Source of the DNA: Candidatus Binatia bacterium
Lineage (GTDB): Bacteria > Desulfobacterota > Binatia > Bin18
Length of the DNA stretch: 64,000 nt
Assembly: GCA_963666315.2 (NCBI GenBank)
Contig: CAXXHG010000047.1
Span: 100,525-164,524 of the forward strand
Direction of reading: 5' to 3'
Below are positions 57,420-64,000 of this stretch, one piece after another. Made by a program: the position numbers and the translations under genes. The notes under the pieces are model-generated. The model was given only the letters and a program-made list of their open reading frames with translations. It had not been told where the DNA came from and searched no databases. Position 1 is the first letter of the stretch; the number at the start of each line of letters is the position of its first letter.

Positions 57420-57899
57420 ATGGCAGACCATGCTGGGCCGCCTCCGGAGGAGGGCAGGTTTCCTCCTAGGGAGAGCCCGTCAGAGACGATTCTTGCGCGG
57501 GTGGTAGGAAACCTGGAGTCGCAGATAAGTCACCTCCGTGAAGACGTTGGAGACCTAGAGAAAAATACCCTCAGCCGCGAAGTATTCGAAGAACGTTACA
57601 ACGGATTAGCAACAAAAGTCGAGGAGACAAGTTCAATGAGGATCACCCGGCGAGACGTGAAGGCCGTTTGTGGGACACTCGTAGCAGTCGCGGCACTCGC
57701 TGACATCCTGACATACTTCAACGCGTTCGGCGACGCTGTGACAACTCATGTATCTACAGAAGAGCGCCCTCCAGATGAAAATGTAACGCATAAGGCAGCT
57801 ACCGTCACGGACACAATGTCGCCAGGACAGCGGAAGCCGACTACCAAGATACATACATCGAGCGCGGCAACAAAAGCCAACGAAAAGCAGGACGAATAA
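57420..57899 (+). CDS. Hypothetical protein (coiled coil plus one hydrophobic segment)
   Basis: ATG 2 bp after the previous stop; VGNLESQISHLREDVGDLEK heptads; AVCGTLVAVAALA. Confidence 0.5.
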   Translation: MADHAGPPPEEGRFPPRESPSETILARVVGNLESQISHLREDVGDLEKNTLSREVFEERYNGLATKVEETSSMRITRRDVKAVCGTLVAVAALADILTYFNAFGDAVTTHVSTEERPPDENVTHKAATVTDTMSPGQRKPTTKIHTSSAATKANEKQDE

Positions 57900-58003
57900 C
57901 CCTTCCAATTCCCCCAAATCCCGGCCCAAAATCTCGACTTTCAAACAGCAGCCTACTCGGTATAAAAATTTCTCGGCAAAAGTCTACACCTTTTTTCGGC
58001 ATT

Positions 58004-61000
58004 CTATTCATCTGCAGCAACAGTTTCCCCCTCCCCCTCCAACGTGCGGCTTTTCCAGACGGCGAAAATCGCGGGATAGACCGTCAGTTCCAGCAAAAAC
58101 GACGTGATGAGCCCGCCGACCATCGGCGCGGCAATTCGGCGCATCACATCCGCACCCGTGCCGGCACTCCACATAATAGGCAGTAGTCCGATAAACGTAG
58201 TGAGCACAGTCATAAGTTTAGGCCGAATACGCTGAGCCGCCCCCTCAACAATCGCCTCTTCCAGCTCTGCTGCTGTGCGGAGTCGTCCCTCTTCCTCGCG
58301 CTTTCTGTAGGCTAGCGTGAGATATAGCAGCATCACCACCCCGGTCTCGGCATCGAGCCCGGCCAGCGCAATCATGCCCACCCAGACGGCAACACTGAGG
58401 TTATAATCCAGCAGAAACAAGAGCCACACCGCCCCGATGAGAGAAAACGGCACGGCCAGCAACACGATACTGGTTTCAGTGACCGAGCGGGTATTTAGGT
58501 AGAGCAGCAAGAACACGACAACGAGCGTGATGGGCACGATGATCTGGAGCCGTGCTTTCGCCCGCTCAAAATAAGTAAACTGGCCTGCCCACTCGATCCG
58601 GTATCCAGGGGGGAGAGTGACCCGCTCGGCAACGACTTGCCGCGCGTCAGCCATGTAATCGGCAATGCCTCGGTCTGTGACGTCCACGAACACAAAGCCG
58701 ACCAGTTGACCGTCTTCACTGCGCACCATGGGTGGCCCAGTCGTCAGCTCTATCTTCGCTACTTGGCTGATAGGAATCTGCGCACCCATCGGGGTTGGAA
58801 TCAGCACGCGCTTGAGCGCTTCGAGGTCTTCGCGAAACTCGCGTGCATAGCGCACGTTAATGGGATAGCGCTCGCGGCCCTCAAAGACTTCGGCAATGTT
58901 AGTCCCGCCGATAGCCGACGTCATCACGTCTTCAATATCCGCTACGGCCAGACCATGCCGGGCTGCCTCGGCACGCTGCACATGAAAGTCAATGAAGTAG
59001 CCGCCCGTGACCCGCTCAGCAAAGGCACTCCGAGTATACGGCTGGGTGCGAATATCTTCCTGAAGCGCGCGCTCAATGCCGACCGCGACTTCTTCAATGG
59101 TCGTGAGGTCAGGCCCAAAGACCTTAATCCCGAGCGCACTGCGAATCCCGGTGGCGAGCATCTCGGTGCGCGTCTGGACCGGCATCCACCAGATGTTGGG
59201 CATGCCGGGGTAGCGCAGGGCTTGATCCATCTCGGCGATGAGGCCTTCCCAGGTGAGCCCGGGCCGCCACTCTGATTCAGGCTTGAGCACCACCACGGTT
59301 TCTACCATCGACAGCGGCGCGGGGTCAGTCGCCGTGCGTGCCCGCCCGATTTTCCCGAACACGGACTGCACTTCAGGGAATTTCTTGAGTTCGCGGTCCA
59401 TAGACTGCAGCACGGCTGACGCTTCGGTAATCGACATGCCGGGCGGTGCGGTGGGCATATATAAGATAGTCCCTTCGTTGAGCGGCGGCATAAACTCATT
59501 CCCCAGCCGGAAAAAGACGGGAATAGTCGCGCCCAACATGAGCACGGCAATAGCGATGACAATAAAGCGCCGGCGCACGACCCAGCGCACCACGGGCGTA
59601 TAGCCGGCGATGAGCCAGCGGTTGAGTGGGTTGGCGTCTTCGCGCCGGATGCGCCCACGGATGAAGAGCACGGCCAGGGCCGGCGTGAGCGTTATCGCCA
59701 GCAGCGCGGCAAATCCTATCGCATACGTTTTGGTAAAAGCCAGCGGCTTAAACAGCCGGCCTTCTGCGCCTTCCAGCGTAAAAATGGGCAGAAAAGAGAC
59801 CGTGATAACGAGCAGTGAAAAAAAGAGGCTCGGCCCGACCTCCTGCATGGCCCGAATGACCACGGCGGTGCGTTCCTCCGCACGTCCGCCGTCTTCCCAC
59901 ATTTCGAGTTTGTGGTGGACGTTCTCAATAATGATAATAGCCGCATCCACCATCGCCCCGACGGCCACCGCAATCCCACCCAAGGACATAATATTGGCGG
60001 TAAGCCGCTGGCCCAGCATTGGGATAAAGGCCAGCAGCACGGCACACGTAAGGGTAATGACAGGCACCAGGGCCGAGCGGGCATGCAACAGAAAAACAGC
60101 GATGATCAGACTCACCACCAGCATCTCTTCGATGAGCGTACGCCGCAGCGTATCGATGGCGCGCAGGATGAGTTCAGAGCGGTCATACGTGATAACCAGC
60201 TCAACGCCCTCGGGTAGAGAATCTGTGACCTCGGCCAGCCGTTTCTTGATGTTGTCGATAACGGTCAGTGCATTCTCACCGTAGCGCATGACCACGATGC
60301 CGCCGACCGTCTCGCCTTCGCCGTTGAGTTCGGCTAGACCCCGGCGCTGGGCCGGCCCAAGCTGGACGGTGGCCACATCGCGCACCAGGATGGGCACGCC
60401 CTTGGCGTTCACCCTGAGCGGAATGATTTCCAGGTCCTGAGTGGTCTGAATATAGCCCCGACCGCGGATGAAATGTTCATGCCCGGCGATTTCGAGGACG
60501 CGGCCACCCACATCGTTATTGGAGCGACGGATGGCGCGTAGCACGTCACTCACCGGAATGCCGAAGGCGAGTAGCTTATTGGGGTCAAGGTTGACCTGGT
60601 ATTGTTTGACAAAGCCGCCGACGGCGGCTACTTCGGCCACGCCCTTAACGCTCTCCAGCCAGTAGCGGACGGTCCAGTCTTGTAGGCTCCGCAGCTCAGC
60701 CAAGTCGTGTCTGCCACTCTTGTCCACCAAGGCATACTCAAACACCCAGCCCACGCCGGTTGCATCTGGGCCGAGCATGGGCGTGACGCCGGCCGGTAGC
60801 TTGCCTTGCCCTCTGTTCAGATATTCCAGCACCCGCGAGCGGGCCCAATAGATATCCGTGCCGTCTTCGAAAATAACGTAGACGAACGACAGGCCCATGA
60901 AGGACTGGCCGCGCACGAATTTGACACGTGGGGCAGCTAGGAGCGTGGTCGAGAGCGGATACGTGATTTGATCCTCAACCAGGTCGGGGCTTCTGCCCGG

Positions 61001-61189
61001 CCACTCGGTCAAGAGTATGACTTGAGTGTCCGACAGGTCAGGCACGGCATCCAGCGGGATGTGACGCACGCAGTAATAGCCCCACAGCGCCAGCGCGGCC
61101 ACCGTGAAAATCGTCAGAAACGGATTGCGCGCTGAGGTGGCGATAACGCGTTGAATGAAACCCGGCTGTGCTGAGGCGGCGTTTACCAT
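58004..61189 (-). CDS. cusA: Cu(I)/Ag(I) efflux RND permease CusA/SilA
   Basis: LDAVPDLSD.QVI, YWARSRVLEYL, LGPDATGVGWV.EY, AVGAMVDA; Met triad positions EFMPP, APLSMVET, RTEML. Confidence 0.93.
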   Translation of the reverse strand: MVNAASAQPGFIQRVIATSARNPFLTIFTVAALALWGYYCVRHIPLDAVPDLSDTQVILLTEWPGRSPDLVEDQITYPLSTTLLAAPRVKFVRGQSFMGLSFVYVIFEDGTDIYWARSRVLEYLNRGQGKLPAGVTPMLGPDATGVGWVFEYALVDKSGRHDLAELRSLQDWTVRYWLESVKGVAEVAAVGGFVKQYQVNLDPNKLLAFGIPVSDVLRAIRRSNNDVGGRVLEIAGHEHFIRGRGYIQTTQDLEIIPLRVNAKGVPILVRDVATVQLGPAQRRGLAELNGEGETVGGIVVMRYGENALTVIDNIKKRLAEVTDSLPEGVELVITYDRSELILRAIDTLRRTLIEEMLVVSLIIAVFLLHARSALVPVITLTCAVLLAFIPMLGQRLTANIMSLGGIAVAVGAMVDAAIIIIENVHHKLEMWEDGGRAEERTAVVIRAMQEVGPSLFFSLLVITVSFLPIFTLEGAEGRLFKPLAFTKTYAIGFAALLAITLTPALAVLFIRGRIRREDANPLNRWLIAGYTPVVRWVVRRRFIVIAIAVLMLGATIPVFFRLGNEFMPPLNEGTILYMPTAPPGMSITEASAVLQSMDRELKKFPEVQSVFGKIGRARTATDPAPLSMVETVVVLKPESEWRPGLTWEGLIAEMDQALRYPGMPNIWWMPVQTRTEMLATGIRSALGIKVFGPDLTTIEEVAVGIERALQEDIRTQPYTRSAFAERVTGGYFIDFHVQRAEAARHGLAVADIEDVMTSAIGGTNIAEVFEGRERYPINVRYAREFREDLEALKRVLIPTPMGAQIPISQVAKIELTTGPPMVRSEDGQLVGFVFVDVTDRGIADYMADARQVVAERVTLPPGYRIEWAGQFTYFERAKARLQIIVPITLVVVFLLLYLNTRSVTETSIVLLAVPFSLIGAVWLLFLLDYNLSVAVWVGMIALAGLDAETGVVMLLYLTLAYRKREEEGRLRTAAELEEAIVEGAAQRIRPKLMTVLTTFIGLLPIMWSAGTGADVMRRIAAPMVGGLITSFLLELTVYPAIFAVWKSRTLEGEGETVAADE

Positions 61190-62712
61190 TTATCCACCCC
61201 CGCCTTGAGCTTGCTCTCAGCTGCAATGAGGAAATTGCCCGAGGTGACTACGCGGTCGCCTGCTTGCAGCCCATCGAGGACCACATATCCATCAGGTCCA
61301 GCAGGTCCAGCAAACTCAGCTTGCACCTTCCTCCCGAGCGTTATTTTTTGCGGCTGCAAGCGACCATCACCACGGTCCAGAAAAACCAGATTCGTCTTGC
61401 CAGCCATAATGACCGCTTCCTCGGGTACGATGAGTTGCTCACCAAAGGGAATCTGGCACTCGACATTGACATACATGTTCGGCTTGAGCGCGCCGTTGGG
61501 ATTGGGCACGTTAATACGCACGCGGCCGGTGCGCGTGGTGGCATCCAGGTAGGGATAGATGTAAGCAACCTGTCCCCTAAATGTTTTGCCGGGCAGGTAG
61601 GAAAGCGTCAGCGCCACAGGTTGTCCAACCTGCACCAGCGGTACGTCAGTCTCGTACAGGTCTGCTTCGACCCAAACGTGGCTGAGGTCGGCGATTCGGT
61701 AGAGGCGCATGCCGGGCTCGACTGCGCTGCCGGCCACGACCTGCTTCTCAATCACCGTTCCCGTCACCGGGGACAGAATCGGGACGTATTCAGCCGGTTT
61801 TCGCGTTTGTGCGAGATGGGAGATTTGCTCTGCCGTCAGATCCCAGAGACGCAGACGGCGGCGCGTAGTTTCCAGCAACGTACGCTTGCGGCCGTTGCTT
61901 GCACCTGCTCGCCGCAAACTCTCCAGAAACTCTTCTTGCGCGGAGAGTAATGCAGGGCTGTAAATGGTGAAGAGCGGCTTACCCTTTGTGACGCTGATGC
62001 CGGTGTAATTGGCAAAGACCTTGCCCAGCCAGCCCCGATATTTGAGACTGATGTCGGTCAGGCGGGTTTCATCGTAGGCCACGCGTCCAACGGCGCGGAT
62101 TGCTACGACCACCTCCTTGCGGACCACCGAGCCGGTTTTGACACCAATGAGCTGCCGTCGGGCAGCGTCAAGGATGACGGTCCCGGCTGGGTCTTGGTCC
62201 CCTGTTGCAAGCCTCATGATCGTAGCGGCATCGGTACGTCGGACAGGCAGGCCGGTCACAAAGTTGAACTGCATTGCGGCCTGGCGTCCGTCTGGAGCAC
62301 GAACACCGAGGCTAAGCGGCCACGACCCAGCCATAGGCAGGTCAAACTCTACGCGGTAGTGGCCCTTGCCCACAACCATCACTTGACCCTGGCCGCGCAT
62401 CTCGGGCATGGCGCCCATGGCCGGCATGTTGGCGGTGGCGTCAATTGTTAAACCTTCGACTAGTGCGCCGTTTGTGTCCAGGATGAAAAGAGAGAGGGTA
62501 TTCTTTCCCACCCGTGGCGGGTCGGGTTGGAAGGTTGCCGCTATCTGAAACGGACCGACCGTGGCGGTGGCGTTCTCCGCGGCGATTTCAGTCTGAACCG
62601 CGGACCACGATCCAAACAGTCCAAACAAATTTGTACGCCAGAGCCACGCCCCGCCGAACACAAGCAGGATGACGCTACCGAGGCTCACAGCACGTCTGTG
62701 TTTCTTTTTCAT
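61183..62712 (-). CDS. cusB: CusB-like periplasmic adaptor with an N-terminal YtkA/FixH-like Met-rich domain
   Basis: PDPPRVGKN, MPAMGAMPEM, G.Y....LPMAGSW; then IYSP.L.SAQEE, VTSGNFLI.AES. Confidence 0.85.
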   Translation of the reverse strand: MKKKHRRAVSLGSVILLVFGGAWLWRTNLFGLFGSWSAVQTEIAAENATATVGPFQIAATFQPDPPRVGKNTLSLFILDTNGALVEGLTIDATANMPAMGAMPEMRGQGQVMVVGKGHYRVEFDLPMAGSWPLSLGVRAPDGRQAAMQFNFVTGLPVRRTDAATIMRLATGDQDPAGTVILDAARRQLIGVKTGSVVRKEVVVAIRAVGRVAYDETRLTDISLKYRGWLGKVFANYTGISVTKGKPLFTIYSPALLSAQEEFLESLRRAGASNGRKRTLLETTRRRLRLWDLTAEQISHLAQTRKPAEYVPILSPVTGTVIEKQVVAGSAVEPGMRLYRIADLSHVWVEADLYETDVPLVQVGQPVALTLSYLPGKTFRGQVAYIYPYLDATTRTGRVRINVPNPNGALKPNMYVNVECQIPFGEQLIVPEEAVIMAGKTNLVFLDRGDGRLQPQKITLGRKVQAEFAGPAGPDGYVVLDGLQAGDRVVTSGNFLIAAESKLKAGVDKW

Positions 62713-64000
62713 GGCAGTACCTCCAGATGTTCCAGCCGAAGTCCCACGGCTCTTTCAAGCGCGGCGCGTCCTTTATGATAATTAGCCAGCGCCTGGTGGT
62801 AGTTGAGGGTTGCGAGCGTCAGAGATTTCTCTGCGGTGAGCAGGGTCAGGAAATCCGTGATGCCCGTCTCATAATCCGAACGCGCAGCGGCAAGATTTTC
62901 TTCTGCGGCTGGGACTAGCGTAGCGACGTACAGCTGTACGACGTGCGCGTTCTCCAACACGTTCTGCGTGGCAAGACTGACTGCGAACGCCACCTGAGCA
63001 CGGTGTTCTTCGAGGCGGGCTTGGGCCTGCTGCTGTTTCGCCTGCGCTTCACGTAGCGCAGCGTCTCTGCGTTCCGACTGGAGCGGGAAGTTGAGACTCA
63101 CACCGACAACGGGCCGGAGTTCGTCGGCCTGCCAGAGGCTGTTATACCCAGCCGAGATGGTCGCCTGCGGGAAATAAGCAAGCCGGGCGAGATGCACGTC
63201 AGCACGACGCGCCGCGACCTGGAGCGCAAGGGCGCGCAAGGCCGGCTGGTCTTGAATGGCCGCAGCTTGCAGCGCCTCGATACGAGGCAGGGCGCGCACG
63301 CTGGGAAGCGTTTGTGGGGGCGGTGGGAGAGCGGTTTCCGGCGGCAGGTGTAACAACGTATTGAGCCGAGCAGCGGTCACAACTTGGGCGTGGTCTAAAA
63401 CAATCCCGCGATGGACTATATGCTGATGCTCGACTTCGGCCTGCAGCGCGTCCTGTTTGGAGACCAGCCCGGCACCATAACGTGTTTCTGTCGTGCGCTG
63501 AAACTCCAGGAGCAAGTCTTGATTGACCCGGTTGATGTCGAGCGCGCGCTGAAAAAAATAGTACTCGTAAAAGGCGTGCTCGGTCGCTTCGATGAGCTGT
63601 AGGCGGGTCGCATTCACGTCCTCGCCAGCGGCTTGGGCCTGGCTGCGTGCAGCCTCTCCTCTGAGACGCAGTGTTCCCGGCCACGGGAAACGTTGTGAGA
63701 GCTCAAACCGTTGTCCAAAGTCTAGGTCGCTTGCCCCAATCGTTGCCGGGGCGAGACCATACGAAAACGTGGCGTCATCCAGCGCGCTGACTTGCAGCGG
63801 GCGCTCCAGCGCCGCTTGCCACGTACGCTGCATTGCGGTCAAACTCGGGTTACGCTGCAGCACAGCTTGGCGCAGCGCTACGAGGTTAAGCTCAGCCTGC
63901 CCTTCGAGTGGATGCGTCGTATGCGCCGAAGACGGCCGAATGTCTGGAGTATCTGGAGTGTCTATTGACGGCGGACGAAGGAGTCTGCGTGCATACGGTA
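62709..64000 (-). CDS. TolC family outer-membrane protein of the cus-like system (5'-partial)
   Basis: Frame is open to the window end; SQRFPWPG, Y..G....QDALQA, YETG.TDFLTLL; stop overlaps the cusB start. Confidence 0.9.
   Translation of the reverse strand, partial: PYARRLLRPPSIDTPDTPDIRPSSAHTTHPLEGQAELNLVALRQAVLQRNPSLTAMQRTWQAALERPLQVSALDDATFSYGLAPATIGASDLDFGQRFELSQRFPWPGTLRLRGEAARSQAQAAGEDVNATRLQLIEATEHAFYEYYFFQRALDINRVNQDLLLEFQRTTETRYGAGLVSKQDALQAEVEHQHIVHRGIVLDHAQVVTAARLNTLLHLPPETALPPPPQTLPSVRALPRIEALQAAAIQDQPALRALALQVAARRADVHLARLAYFPQATISAGYNSLWQADELRPVVGVSLNFPLQSERRDAALREAQAKQQQAQARLEEHRAQVAFAVSLATQNVLENAHVVQLYVATLVPAAEENLAAARSDYETGITDFLTLLTAEKSLTLATLNYHQALANYHKGRAALERAVGLRLEHLEVLP

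Overview
GC-rich bacterial accessory region. No rRNA, tRNA, CRISPR array or intact transposase was recognised. Left part (1-15 kb): mixed hydrolases and oxidoreductases (hydantoinase B, SppA, OsmC, DUF899, amidohydrolases, ThuA-like, BNR propeller, CMD-like), plus a decayed REP-associated tyrosine transposase with its GTAG REP. 15-22 kb: a PP2C phosphatase and a giant 2031-aa membrane-anchored Ser/Thr kinase built from Ala-rich ~79-83-aa helical repeats, separated by a MITE-like insert. 22-35 kb: an aromatic catabolic locus (TetR, CYP116-like P450, two-subunit hydroquinone 1,2-dioxygenase, Rieske protein, maleylacetate reductase, LLM and FAD monooxygenases) with a divergent 4-hydroxyacetophenone-monooxygenase-like BVMO. 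35-64 kb: a heavy-metal cluster. It holds a mer-like operon with no merA in the window, two Czc-like RND operons each preceded by a small metal-ligand-rich leader ORF (one His-rich and ending in a RAPP-like RSPP motif), a NiCoT/UreH-like permease, a PIN/Phd module between two TIR-domain remnants, and a cusCBA-like system running off the right edge. Many genes carry single frameshifts or stops. All family calls come from motif recognition by eye, not from database searches.
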